A DNA stretch of 63,216 nt, counting the filler, from Piedraia hortae CBS 480.64 (lineage: Eukaryota), in assembly GCA_010093745.1 (NCBI GenBank). It is 3 parts of 3 records of this genome, joined end to end, with 100 filler letters (N's around TTAATTAATTAA, not from the genome) between each part and the next. Parts side by side here need not be neighbours in the genome. Positions count along the whole stretch, not along the records: positions 26,377 to 51,849 come from MU006058.1; 2 more parts are not named here. The stretch is one strand, 5' to 3'. Shown in pieces: positions 35,709 through 47,809 of the stretch; the first letter of the stretch is position 1, and each line of letters begins with the position of its first letter. The position numbers and the translations under genes are program-made. The notes below the pieces were generated by a model. That model made no database searches. It was not told the DNA's origin and was given only the letters and a program-made list of their open reading frames with translations.

Positions 35709-37644
35709 TCACATCCCCGCGGCACTTCGCTTCCACGCCAATGCCAAGGCCACGCAGACGCATGTTGTAGCCCCGAGGGTCATGTACAACCCGCTGCGGT
35801 CCGCAGGTGTCTCATCGCTCTTCGGAAATGCCAGTATCGGATGTGTGGCACACTCCGCCAGGTGCCCAAAGAGCTCGTTGATGCTGCCCCAACTGGCTGA
35901 CGCGTGCAACGGCTTGGCCATCCTCAGGTCCTCGCAGTACGCCTCGGGCTGCACTTCGGTACGTTGCATTGCTCTATCGCGGTCGGCCTTTAGTGCCGTA
36001 TATACTGCTGGTAACCCATCCAATGCCGGGTAACGTTGTCGGAGATCCACAATATGACCAAAAGACCCAGGGTCGCTGGAGTCGTAGGTGTAACAGATCA
36101 GGTCACAGGCATCCAATCTGGTCTGGTTCTCCAAAATGGCGGATTCCAGCTCACCCAGCTCCTCTAGGATGAGATAGCACTGTTTACCGCCCTGCAGCTC
36201 CACACTGTTGACCGCTGTCTGCGGCTTGGTTGTCGGGCTGTAGCTGTTGTTAAACGGCCTATGGAGGAAGGCATTGAGGAGAGCCGACTTGCCGCTGTGC
36301 GGAGCCCCGAGTACGTAGCAAAGAAAGACGTTCCGTTCCACACGCCCTTGCTTGTTGCGCCGTTTGCGAGGCTTGGTGACTTTAAGAGCTGACGTCGTTC
36401 CCTTACCCTGGGGCGACTCATAACCCAGGTATGCCAGATACTCTAACGTTGTCTTTGGCTCCTTGAACGTTGTCGTGCTCCACAGCGCCAGCCAGCCTTG
36501 GAGCGTGATATGTCCTTCCTCATTTGTAACCGTACAGCTGCGGAAGTCAGAGTCTATCCATGCTGCAGGTATTCCGGGGCTGGGTGCAAAGAGATTGGTC
36601 AGCTCGACGTCGTTCAGTCCACCGTCGTTGTCCTTATCATGTAGCAGAAATAGGTCAACGAAAAACCTGTACCCTGCTGGGCCAAGTTCGGCTGATGCAA
36701 AAGGCGGAACATCAAACTTTGGATGAAGATAAGAGTCTTTTAATGCTAATGAGTCGGTGTGGTGGAACTTCCGTAGGATAATCCAGATGGTTTCGTGTCT
36801 GCCCTTTTCAGCAAACATCTTGTTCAAAAGTAGGAAGCCTTCGAGATCCACTGGCTGGCGGGCATCTTCTGCCGTCACGGATGGGCTCTGCCGGATTGAC
36901 CGTTTGATGCTGGCCAGATCCAGGTCGCTCAGTGGCTTGTTGAAGCACTTCGCCTGAAAGTTGACCAGCTCTTTATCGCTTAACACGCCATCCTTGTCCT
37001 TGTCACAGAGATGGAAAATCCTTGTCAAAGCCTCAACTGCTGCAGGCTTCAGCTTGCTCTCCTTGGCATCGTACAACGGTCCTATCGGGTGGGTGACGGC
37101 TTTTTGACATAGGAAAAACACTTCGTTAATGTTGTGGTGCTCTCGAGCACTGGTACGGATGCAACTGTCAATTTCCTTGTATTCGTTCATCACCGGCAAG
37201 AACTCTTCTTCAACGATTTGGGCAGTAGTAGTGCCTACAGGGCACAGGTCGCTCTTGTTTGCACACAGCACCACAGGCACATTAACGCCGAGAGAACGGA
37301 GAAACGGCAGCCAAAACAATGCCACTCGTTCATAGCTGTAGTGATTACTATACACCAACAGAATGACGTTGCTTTTGCGTATCTCCTTGCGGAGGTTATC
37401 ACGTTCTTGCGGAAAAAAGCTGGTATCGACAAAGGTTGTTGTAACGTTATCCAGAGTCCCCAGGCTTGCTGGCAGTGTTACTGGAGGTAAAACTGCTTGG
37501 ATTGGGCCTGGAGTGAAGGTGTTTTTGACGAGCGAAGTAAGCAAACTGCTTTTGCCGACGCCCTCGTCGCCGCATATTGCTATCCGTACTACACAGTCAG
37601 CCGAAATTCAAATAATCTTAACCGACCTAGTTACCTGTTGACAT
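35709..37644 (-). CDS. GEM1: mitochondrial Rho GTPase (Miro), 2 exons
   Basis: MST + intron 37634-37589 + [18 protein letters not shown] hands DKDKDG and DKDNDG; second GTPase domain; C-terminal TM anchor. Confidence 0.96.
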
Positions 37645-37770
37645 GATCCAGCAAAAAATAAGAAGGTGCAGTTATTTCTTTTCCCACACGTTGCACTTTG
37701 TTGTGGTCCCTGCGTGGCTTGTTGAGTCAAATATGACACCAGGCTGACAGTGTCACAAGAAAAGACGTCT

Positions 37771-39596
37771 ATGTTGTAAGTATGTCGCTTAAGTAGGAAA
37801 GCGGTTTAACGCAAATTCAGCACTGTTCTGCCTCCGCCTCCTCGCGCTAATGGCGGCCTCTACACGGGGGCTCCTACGGGCGGCCTGGAGACTAATAACA
37901 GTTTCGAACAACCCACAGGACCAGACTATCAGCTGGTGGTAGGCGAAGGTACATATGTGTTGAGCTACGACCTGCACCTGGCAACGCCGCCGCCACATCC
38001 AACTGATCCGCCCCCGCCAAACAATAATGCTCTGGCGACCGATCTAGGGCCCCCGACGGCTGGCACAAAACTTTCCATAGTTTCTTTGTCCTCGCAGAAA
38101 CCAGTAGTCAGGAGCTTGCTCCATGGACGACCGGGAACTCGGCCTGGCGTTCCCTTTAGCATAGCCGAAGAAACGGGAGCTGAGGGCGCCTATGGCGACG
38201 GAAATCCCGCGTTAAATGTTGTCCCCGCCAAGGGCAAGAGAAACGAACGAGGAAAACCTAAGAATAACATACTCAAGTCGAACTCGTCTTACTTGTCACG
38301 GGTTATCACTCCTGAAGGACTGCAGAAGCGGCTTGATGCGCGTCCACCTGAAGGAATCATGGCCTTTGCCAACCTAAATAGGTCGTTTGTCTGGCTAGAC
38401 CTTTCATCAGAAATTAAGACGGACAACTTGACCAAAGCATTGTTTACTAGGGCACACGTATTGTGCCATGACGTTAACGAAATGACGAAGTCAACGACGA
38501 ATTTGGATGTTGTCATGGGGTTCAATACCAGCGACATCATGTGGTACGAACCAATGTCCCAGAAATATTCCCGATTAAATAAAAACGGCATCATCAACTC
38601 GACTGCCGCATCTGACGTCAAATGGATCCCAAACAAAGACGCTTTGTTCGTGTCGGCGCATTACGATGGAATGTTGATGGTATTCGACAAAGAAAGGGAA
38701 GACGGCGATTTTGTTGCCGAGCAAACGCACACTGATGATGATGCCAAGATCAAGTTTAGGGTGAAGAAATCGATTCAGTCACCTAATCAAAGAACCAACC
38801 CCGTGGCAGCGTACCGCATATCCAACAAAAAGATTAACCAAGTAGCTTTTTCGCCCAACGACCGACTCTTGGCTGCAGTGGCTGATGATGGGCTTTTGAC
38901 AATCATCGACTACATTGACGAGCGTGCACTCGACGTGTACCGCTCTTACTTTGGGGCGTTGACATGTGTCACATGGTCCCCAGACGGCCGCTATGTCCTG
39001 ACAGGTGGCCAGGATGATCTCGTCAGTGTTTGGTCTATTGCTGACCGAACACTGGTGGCACGATGTGTGGGGCATGACTCTTGGGTGACGCATGTTCAGT
39101 TTGATCCCTGGCGGTGTGATGAGCGGGGCTATCGTTTTGGCAGCGTCGGTGAAGACTGTCAATTGCTGCTTTGGGACTTTTCTGTTGGGATTCTGGGTCG
39201 CCCGAGGGCGGCATCGGTTCTCACGCGCCACAGCCTATCTCGGAGGGAATCTCAGACCACGGCGTTTAGATTAAGAACCAACTCGACTTCACGATTGGCC
39301 GATCACGAGGACAGTCAGAGCGAAAGTGCCATTGTACACCCAGTCGAGTCGAGGGCCAAGATTCCCTCGCTGCCGCCCGTCATGGCAAGACAAGCAGACC
39401 CGCACCCTCTGTGCTGGGTGGGGTTTGGGGAACATTCAATCATCACAAGTTGTCAAGACGGTGAGTATTATGCATCTCAACATGGTGCTGGCTTCCGTCC
39501 CAGCGTTTCGCAGCATCGGTGGCTTGCTGACAGTGGGACGCAGGACACATTCGAGAATGGTCTCGGCCCAGCAAAACCAGCGACAAGGTGGAATAG
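37771..39596 (+). CDS. creC: catabolite repression WD40 protein CreC (3 exons)
   Basis: MFTVLPPPPR after intron 37776-37820; WSPDGRYVLTGGQDDLVSVW, FDPWRCD, YRFGSVGEDC; intron 39461-39543 gives C-terminus DGHIREWSRP. Confidence 0.9.
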
Positions 39597-39847
39597 TGTT
39601 GACTCAGCATGACGGCGGTGACGTCACATGTGCCAACCACATGCCATGTCAAAGAACGTGGCGTGATGATGGCGCGACTCCAAGGCGAAGACGCGAGCAA
39701 GATAAAGTGGTTGGGCTGGCGAATGGGAGAATTTTCTCTCGTTGCGCCACTCACTAAACCTTGTCTAACGGCCTTTGTTCATAGCCTCCCTAGATCCGTA
39801 ATATTTTCTTCCTTTCTCGCAACTACTGTGACTTCCCAGCAGCAGCG

Positions 39848-41410
39848 ATGGTCAAGCCAAAGGCCACGCTCGAAATTGTTCCTGAGAACCGATTCATAGT
39901 TTTTGAGGGTGACCAATATGAGTGTCAGCCGATCAAGCTCCGTGGAATGCTCCGTCTCATGACGCCAGAGGCGATGAAAATGGGTAACCCCAGGATCCGC
40001 CTTGAAGGTAAGCAGCGGATCCAGTGGTATAATAATACTGGCCTGGGTATCGCCGAAGTGTTAGAAAAGCAAGTCATATACGAAAAGGAACATACTCTCA
40101 GCTTAGGTGGAGTGCATAAAGTCAGAACTGGCACTGTGGAATGGCCATTCGAATTTGTCCTTGACCCTTCGATGGCTGAATCTGTCGAGGGAATCAGGGA
40201 TACGTGGCTTGTATATACGCTACACGCCACCGTCTCTCGACCAGGATGGAACACCAAAGACCTTCATGACCACACGCACATCCGCATTGTCCGGAGCTTG
40301 GGCCCGAACAGCATGGACGTAACACGTTCAAGGGTAAATGCTGACATCTGGGCCAACAAAGTTTCATACAGCATCGCCATTCCCACAGATACCGTTATTT
40401 TCGGAACCCACATTGCGGCTGATATTGAACTCTCGCCTCTGAAGAAAGGCCTCAAAATGGGTAATGTAGATATGGCTCTTATCGAAACCACCGTCAAGCG
40501 CATGGAGAAAGGCGAGCGGGCTGGCTCACATAAACGTGAAGAAATTGAGGTGGCCAAGGAGTCTACGCCGTTTCCCGAGACCTCAAAGATGCTTGTTGAG
40601 AACGAAGACGCCGAGAACCCAACATTGGAAGATGAACGATACAGCTTTCAGGCCACAATGCCCTTGCCAAGATCCTTGAAGAGGTGTCGACAAGACGTTG
40701 ACTTGCCGGGTATCAGCATAACTCACCAGTTCAGATTGGCAGTCAACATTCATAACCCAGAAGGCCACACGTCCCAACTACTATGCAAGTTTCCCATCAA
40801 ACTGTTCATCTCGTCCAACTTGCCTCTCAACGAGCAAAACGAAGTTCAGGGCTCACTGGGTACCGCTACGACTCCCGATAGCTCTGTCGCAGATCCTGTT
40901 GCAGGCTCTGTTGCAGCTCCACCCAGCTACGGGCAGCACATTCTAGACTTGCTTTACTATGGTGTTGACGCATCGCGCGTCACGAGCCGACGAAACAGCA
41001 TGTCAACCACACATAGCGGATTCACAATATCACGCAGCGCTTCCACAGACAACATGCCAGCCATCACCCCTGGACAGGTCACTTCAGATCTCTTACGGGC
41101 GCGTTTGTCCAGGCTTCCAGTAGAAACTCCATCCTCCAGCTCCGAGCCAAGCTCAAGAAGACCATCGCATGAGGCTGCTCGGACTTCGGCTGTAGCTCCA
41201 CAGCAGAATCAAGGGTTGGGGGTTGATGTCAATTTCCTATCCAGAGTTCCTTCTTACGGCTCGGCGATGCAAGCGGGGGCCCCGCCACCCATTCTGGGGC
41301 TGCCAAGTTACATTGAAGCAACTTCGCGACCACCCAGTCCAGAAGAGCGAGCTGCCCTTCAAAGTCCAACAATCACAGTCAGCACCTCTCCCATAGGGAG
41401 TGTTTCATAG
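39848..41410 (+). CDS. creD: alpha-arrestin ubiquitin-ligase adaptor, CreD/Rod1-like
   Basis: EWPFEF, ESVEG, HIRIVR, IWANKVSYSI arrestin motifs; PY-type motifs PPSY, VPSY, LPSY; adjacent to creC. Confidence 0.8.
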   Translation: MVKPKATLEIVPENRFIVFEGDQYECQPIKLRGMLRLMTPEAMKMGNPRIRLEGKQRIQWYNNTGLGIAEVLEKQVIYEKEHTLSLGGVHKVRTGTVEWPFEFVLDPSMAESVEGIRDTWLVYTLHATVSRPGWNTKDLHDHTHIRIVRSLGPNSMDVTRSRVNADIWANKVSYSIAIPTDTVIFGTHIAADIELSPLKKGLKMGNVDMALIETTVKRMEKGERAGSHKREEIEVAKESTPFPETSKMLVENEDAENPTLEDERYSFQATMPLPRSLKRCRQDVDLPGISITHQFRLAVNIHNPEGHTSQLLCKFPIKLFISSNLPLNEQNEVQGSLGTATTPDSSVADPVAGSVAAPPSYGQHILDLLYYGVDASRVTSRRNSMSTTHSGFTISRSASTDNMPAITPGQVTSDLLRARLSRLPVETPSSSSEPSSRRPSHEAARTSAVAPQQNQGLGVDVNFLSRVPSYGSAMQAGAPPPILGLPSYIEATSRPPSPEERAALQSPTITVSTSPIGSVS

Positions 41411-41608
41411 TGCAGAGGGTTAGGGGGCAGCCGACACTGGTCTATCGTTCACGAGAAGGAGGATGAGGTCAACTGAGGCTCTTGAAAAAGAAGGACGTAA
41501 TGTTTGATTCGTAACTGGCGTTGTTGGTCGTAGAAGCGATTTCATTGCATAGATGTCCACCACTTCATAAAGCCATGACCTTTTCAATCTTGCGAATCCA
41601 GAATTTCA

Positions 41609-42778
41609 TCAGAACTCGAGAGTTTGTTTGATTGCATCGTAGATTCTCACAGTGTCGGGGATGTTGAACTTCTCAAATGCAAGTCCAGCATGAGTACTCC
41701 AACCAGCTACCCTTCTGACAGGCGCCTCGAGGCTTAGGAATGCGCCTTGTTGAATTGTAGCAGCAACTTCAGCGCCTACGCCCGCATTGACCATGCTCTC
41801 ATGCACGATCACACAGCGACCGGTCTTTTTCACCGAATCCAACACCGTAGGTCGATCCCACGGGTAGATTGTTCGTAAGTCGATAAGTTCAACCGAGGCC
41901 CCAGTCTCTTTCTCAATGGCATCCAATGCCGCACGGCAGAGATAGAGCGGGGTGCCGTAGGAGATGAGGGTGAGGTTGCTTCCCTCCTTTAATACCTCCG
42001 CTTTGGAGAGTGGTAGGGTAAAAGGCTCCTCTGGCACATGTTCCACAGCAGCTCTATAGATAATTTTGGGCTCCAAGAACACAACAGGGTCGTTACACTC
42101 GATAGCCGCAAGCAACAGCCCCTTTGCTTGTATGGGAGACCGAGGGATCACCACCCTCAGGCCCGGAATATGAGTGAAAAGCGCTTCAGGGGACTGGGAA
42201 TGATAGAGACCACCATGTCCAACTGCACCACAGGGCATTCGCACCACAAGACCCCCACACCCCATCGAGTCCGCCAGATTCCCCGCACGGTATCGACACT
42301 TTGCCGCCTCATTAACCAGCTGGTCAAATGCCGGGTAGACGTAATCAGCAAACTGCACCTCCGCAACAGGCCTGAGGCCCTCCATAGCAGCCCCTATGCC
42401 AAACCCCACTATCCCCTGTTCTGTCAACGGAGTGTTAAAAACCCTCGCATCTCCAAACTCAGTCGCGAGGTTCATCGAGCAGCGAAACACGCCTCCAAAA
42501 GCCACATCTTCCCCGAACAGAATCACCCGCGGATCCGTCCGCAACGCATGTCCCAGTGCGGAGTTTATCGCCTGGAAGAGGTTCATCCGTTTGGTAGTGC
42601 CCCCACGCACCGCTGACGGGAGCTCAGCATTGGAGAGTGCGCTGCTTGCGGTGTGGCTAAGTATCGATGTGCTACCATAGTCTATAGGCACGTTAAGCCG
42701 CGCTGTCGCTGCCTGCTGTGCTGCATAGCCACGCTTGAGTCCGGTTGGAATGCTTCGCAATGTTGTAAGTCGTTTCAT
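41609..42778 (-). CDS. BCKDHB: branched-chain 2-oxoacid dehydrogenase E1 beta subunit
   Basis: [52 protein letters not shown]; intronless. Confidence 0.95.
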   Translation of the reverse strand: MKRLTTLRSIPTGLKRGYAAQQAATARLNVPIDYGSTSILSHTASSALSNAELPSAVRGGTTKRMNLFQAINSALGHALRTDPRVILFGEDVAFGGVFRCSMNLATEFGDARVFNTPLTEQGIVGFGIGAAMEGLRPVAEVQFADYVYPAFDQLVNEAAKCRYRAGNLADSMGCGGLVVRMPCGAVGHGGLYHSQSPEALFTHIPGLRVVIPRSPIQAKGLLLAAIECNDPVVFLEPKIIYRAAVEHVPEEPFTLPLSKAEVLKEGSNLTLISYGTPLYLCRAALDAIEKETGASVELIDLRTIYPWDRPTVLDSVKKTGRCVIVHESMVNAGVGAEVAATIQQGAFLSLEAPVRRVAGWSTHAGLAFEKFNIPDTVRIYDAIKQTLEF

Positions 42779-43383
42779 CGTTTTTTAACATGCCCGGCCA
42801 TGGTGGGGGAGTTGCTCCCCTGAATAGAGCGCTTATCGTCGGGCCATGACTTGTAAGGAGGTTCGAGGTTGGGTCGGCCCGGGCCGGTCTAATAAGGCGG
42901 GGTTGCGGGGCACAAACTCCGTGGAATTTCAATGGGACTTAAGAAAGATTATCACCAGCTGATGGGTGATTTTTGAGACGGCGGAATATCCCACATTCGT
43001 GCTCGTTGTTCCAGACTTGCTCTCCCAGGCGCGGCAATGAGTTGTTGCAAGGCTCATTCTGATTGCTGTCGTTTGACGGTGGTGGTGTTGAAGCGGCAGA
43101 GTACAGTGTGTAAGCAAACAAGCGTGCACAAGTTGGATGGCCATCGTCACATCGAAGCATTAATTTGTGAACGGCTTTATATACTCCTCCCACCACCTCT
43201 CCTAAGCCCTGAAGCTTAACCTTATTCATTAAATGAGCATGACTCGCTTTGCATTATATGAACTGGAGCTCCTGTTCGCACACCATCTTGGAGGGTAGTG
43301 TTTTGCTATATCCTTTATTGACAGGATATTCGCCCTCCTCTTCGCACATGGTCAAGCGTTAATGGTCATTTGTGGTTGGGGGG

Positions 43384-43393
43384 NNNNNNNNNN
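43384..43393. other. 10-N gap inside a poly-G tract
   Basis: G run, ten Ns, G run. Confidence 0.9.
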
Positions 43394-44152
43394 GGGGGGG
43401 AGACTTTGTGCACGCATAGCCGCCTTCCGCTCTGATTGGCTACTAAGGCGCCCCACTAGCTGCCTTGTTTTATGATTGGCTATGATAGATAGCCAATGAC
43501 TCGACGGTTGTACTTTTCCCTGTTGTGCGGTCAGAATGTCGGGTCACTAAACGTCTGAAGCACACTTGAACTGGTGCAGCCGAGGAGTGACAGAGACGGC
43601 AAATCATGTTCTTTTCGGGCGTATGCAGGTGCCGTCAGCCGCTGAAGGATTTGGGACGGCGGGCTAAGATAGGAATTGAGCATATCTGGCATTTCGCTCT
43701 TTGGGACAGGCTTGTGCCTTTACAAGCCAATGGCGCTCCTATGAATCTATCACATGAACCTCTGGTACAAACACGTGCTCGCATGGGCTGGGCAAGATCA
43801 GCACGTCGAGGCAAAAGCATGGAGTAGCAGGCAGCTGAAGGATCAGCCCTGTCTGAGAGATAAGCCTCATCAATTCCTTCTCTCTAGAGGCACCCCATCG
43901 TTCAACTTATCAGCAGTGTACGGAGTGGATTGACAGAATATATTGGTAAATAGTGCGTGAAAATTCAATAGCCTGGGCATGCCGGAATATGACATCACCC
44001 GTAGATTGTACAATTTGACACCGTTATTTGCAAGATGCCAAGCCATCAGCCGTGTGCGCCGCCGAACATTCACAGGATCTACCCCACCTAGATAACGTCC
44101 ATATAAGAGACTCAGCTCGCAAATCACTGTCCCTTCACAATCTCAATTCAAC

Positions 44153-45105
44153 ATGACGGACCCCAATACATACAAGCTAAATCATACGATGGTTCGGATC
44201 ACCAATCCGGAGGCATCACTGAAATTTTATAAATTTCTCGGCATGAGCCTTATCGAAAAGAAGACATTTCCCGACCACAAGTTTGATCTGTACTTTCTGG
44301 CCTACGATTCAGACAAGTCCACTTCCAAGGGAAAACATTGGACTGACCGCGAGGGCATCCTCGAGCTAACGCACAATTATGATGCCGAGAAGCCGAGCAA
44401 CGGGAATGACGACCCTTTGGGATATGGACATATCGGTCTCTACGTGGATAACCTGTATGTTGCCAAACTTGTTGAGGCTATGTATTTGCTAACGGGGGTA
44501 GTCAGGCAGCTTGCAAGCGCCTCGCAGATGCAGGATACAAGTTCCAAAAGTACTGGTCTGACGGGAGCATCAATGTCATTGCGTTTGTGGTCGATCCGGA
44601 TGGGTACTGGGTCGAGCTTGTTGCCACAAAACCCATAGAGGAGACGGCAAGCATCACGACGACAGACCCAGAGGAATACAAATTGTACCATTCCATGATC
44701 CGCGTTAAGGATCCCAAGATTTCGCTCAAGTTTTACGAAGATGTCATGGGGATGAAGCTGGTCACGACAATGGAACTGCCAGACTCGGGGTCTACCATCT
44801 ATTTCGTGGGATACGGTGATGACGGAGAGGGGCTGGTGGAACTGACGTGGGTCCATGGCTCGGAGAAGAAAGAAGGGCAAGTGTACCACAATGGGAACAC
44901 GGAGCCAAAAGGATTCGGTCACCTTTGTATATCTGTGGACCACCTGCAGAAAGCTTGCGATCGATTTGACGAGAAGAAGGTGAAGTGGCAAAAGCGGCTG
45001 ACCGACGGGCGGATGAAAAATGTCGCTTTCTTGTTGGATCCTGACGAATACTGGATTGAAGTGATCCAGAATGAGCGATTCAGACAGCCACCGGGAGAGT
45101 ATTGA
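44153..45105 (+). CDS. GLO1: lactoylglutathione lyase (two-domain glyoxalase I), 2 exons
   Basis: NHTMVRI, LELTHNY, GYGHI, DPDGYWVE and a second repeat YHSMIRV, GFGHLCI, DPDEYWIE; intron 44455-44501. Confidence 0.95.
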
Positions 45106-45109
45106 GCAC

Positions 45110-45760
45110 TTAGAGCACCATCTGGGGAGTATTGAGCGCTGCCCAGGCGGCCATTTGTCTGTTTACTGTACGTTGTTTGGCGGAAGCCTCTTGATGACTG
45201 TTGGCGGTTGTCTCTGGCGGAGGAGCGGCGTCGGTGGTCAGTTGGCCCAGCAGCGCGCGTACTCTGAGGCCGACGTCGCGGATGCGACGGATGTCGTCGC
45301 GCATCTGGTCAATGTGTTCTTCCATGTGTAGTATGACCGTTTCGCGTGCCTGGTGTGGACGGTAGCCGTTTATGAGGTCATGCATGTTGGCTGTGATGGC
45401 GGCGAGGTCTTGTGTGTAGACTTCGTGGCCTTCAGCATCGTGACTGAGGCGGCCGATGAGGGCGAGAAAGGTAGTCAGCTGGCTGCGGGCGAGCGCGGTG
45501 AGGCTGCGCTGCGGATTGAGACGCACGGCGGCGCTGTCGGTGTAGAGCAATTCGCTGTCGGCATCGTTGGCGAGCGACGGCGGCGGGGCGGCGAGGTCGT
45601 GGGCGACGCCAAAGACGGAAAACTTGGCGTCGGTCGGCGGCGGCGGCGGCTCCAGCGCGGCATCGGGTGTTCCACGTTGCGCTTCGGCCACGCGCTCGGC
45701 CGTGAACAGCTTGTAGTAGGGCGGCGGCAGCGGGAACAGCGTCTTGATGCGGTCCGCCAT
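45110..45760 (-). CDS. MED7: Mediator subunit 7
   Basis: FPLPPPYYKLFT and NMHDLINGYRPHQARETVI motifs. Confidence 0.9.
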   Translation of the reverse strand: MADRIKTLFPLPPPYYKLFTAERVAEAQRGTPDAALEPPPPPTDAKFSVFGVAHDLAAPPPSLANDADSELLYTDSAAVRLNPQRSLTALARSQLTTFLALIGRLSHDAEGHEVYTQDLAAITANMHDLINGYRPHQARETVILHMEEHIDQMRDDIRRIRDVGLRVRALLGQLTTDAAPPPETTANSHQEASAKQRTVNRQMAAWAALNTPQMVL

Positions 45761-45773
45761 TGTTGGTGACACA

Positions 45774-46683
45774 ATGCCAACTGACGGCGGACTTTGGGAG
45801 AGTTGCCAACGCGTCTGGCGCCGCACGTTCGCGGGTGAATACGCCGCCCTCGTCCTGCTGGCCGTTGTCTACGCTGTCGTCCGGCTACCTACTGAGCCCT
45901 TCCATCGTCTCTTCCGCCTGAGCGACCCGCGCCTACAGTTCCCTCATGCCGACGTCGAACGCGTCTCTGTCCGTACGTTTCTCTCTGCTGCTCCTGCTTT
46001 CACTTACTGACTCACTAGCTATGCTCTTTATCTATGCCCTCCTAGTACCACTTTGTATTCTGACCCTCTGGGCTCTGATTCTCCGTCCCGCCGTCCACGC
46101 CGTCCATGTCACCTTCTTGGGCTTCGTCTCTTCCGTCTTCCTAACGACTTTCATTACTGACATCCTGAAGAACGCCATTGGCAGGCCAAGGCCAGATCTC
46201 CTCGCTCGGTGCAAGCCAGCGCTCGGCACTCCGCGCGACGCCCTGGTCTCCATCGCAGTCTGCCAGGAAACCAAGCACCACCTCCTCCATGACGGCTGGC
46301 GGAGTTTCCCCTCTGGCCATTCCAGCTTCGCCTTCTCGGGCCTGGGCTATCTGGCCATCTTCTTTGCCAGCCAAACGCTGGCTTTGGCTCCGAGAGCGAG
46401 TCTCTTGACTACGCTGGCCTGCGCAGCTCCCTTGCTTGGCGCTGCACTCATAGCCATTAGTAGACTGGAAGATTACAGACATGACCACGCAGACGTTATC
46501 TGCGGCAGCTTGCTGGGCCTCTCCGTTGCCTATCTTACCTGGCGAAGGCAGTATCCCAGCTTGCTGAGTTCTGAATGCGATATGCCATACCCGCCAACAT
46601 CCAGCCGCGGGCCCAGTCCGCCGGGCATTTTCCGCACGATTAGGGACGAGGAGGAGGGTCTCATCGAAGAAAGAAGTCGTTAA
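45774..46683 (+). CDS. DPP1: PAP2-family lipid phosphate phosphatase (DPP1-like), 2 exons
   Basis: KNAIGRPRPD, SFPSGHSS, SRLEDYRHDHADV motifs; intron 45973-46018 (GTACGT..TAG). Confidence 0.9.
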
Positions 46684-46718
46684 TGTACAATTAGGACACC
46701 TACCACCAGGAGTGGAAC

Positions 46719-47809
46719 CTAAGTCAGATTAAGCTGTTTCGCCAGATCCGCTGCGATATCTTCAAAAGCCTTTGCCTGCGGGCTAGACGGTTCTGCAACA
46801 ACCGTGGGCTTTCCACTGTCTGCTGACGCGCATATAGAAGAATGCAGAGGGATGTCTCCTAGTATCTTCACCTTCTCTTCTTCACATTTTCTGCGTACAC
46901 CTAAAATAGTTAGCCAAGCCCACCAACTAGAGGGTAGAAGATCATGCCATCCAACCCAAAAACGTCATGGACCTTTCCACAACCCTCACATTTGAATGAT
47001 GCCATATTTTGCACCATTCCAAGAACGGGAATATTCGTCTTTCTTAAAAAGTCCAAACCGCGCATCGCATCCCTTAGCGCCAGATTCTGCGGCGTCGAAA
47101 CAACCACCGCACCTGCCCGCGTTAGCATCCCTCCTCCTGCCATCTCAACCCAACTAACCATCAAGTTTAACACTCTGCGCGAGCGTAATAAGTACATCGC
47201 CCGTCCCCGGCGGTGTATCCACCAACAACACATCCGTCTTCGGCCAGTTCACCTCGAAAAGTAACTGCCTCAACGCCCTCTGAATTAACAGCCCCCTCCA
47301 CGCAACCGTGCCCTTGTCAATTAAAAAGCCCATAGACATTGCCTTAAGTCCATATGCCGTCAACGGCGTCAACCTCTCCTCCTCGTCCACCTCCGCCCTG
47401 TAACCCTCCAGATCCAACAACATCGGAAGGCTGGGGCCGTATATATCCGAATCGAGGATCGCGGTACGGTTACCCCGTCCCGAAAGGGCTAAAGCCAAGT
47501 TTACGCTCACGGTCGATTTCCCAACTCCGCCTTTTGCGCTGCTGATGAGAATTATCTTTCCCACATTCGGGACGGGGGCGGGGGTAGGGACGCTTCGCCG
47601 GGAGGGGAGGGTTGGAGGGGTGCCGCTTCGGGGGAGGCCCTTGGACTGGGGTGTACCGCTACGAGGGAGGCCCTTGGGATTTTGTTAGTTGGTGTGGCAA
47701 GAAAGGAGAAGAGGGCGAACGGACCTACCAGAGGATTTTCGTGTGAGAGTTTTGGTAGACATGTTGAGAAGAGGCATCTGCGAGGAATTGTTGGAATGCG
47801 CGGTCGCAT
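46719..47809 (-). CDS. IND1: mitochondrial Fe-S assembly P-loop NTPase Ind1/NUBPL (4 exons)
   Basis: SAKGGVGKST, DSDIYGPS, DTPPGTGD, VSTPQ, QNMASFKCEGC, LGDIPLH; introns 47728-47673, 47158-47113 and 46947-46901 (GC-AG). Confidence 0.9.

Noticed and set aside
43430..43500. Three clustered CCAAT/ATTGG boxes next to the poly-G tract
   Set aside because: Plausible promoter elements between divergent BCKDHB and GLO1, but too generic to call
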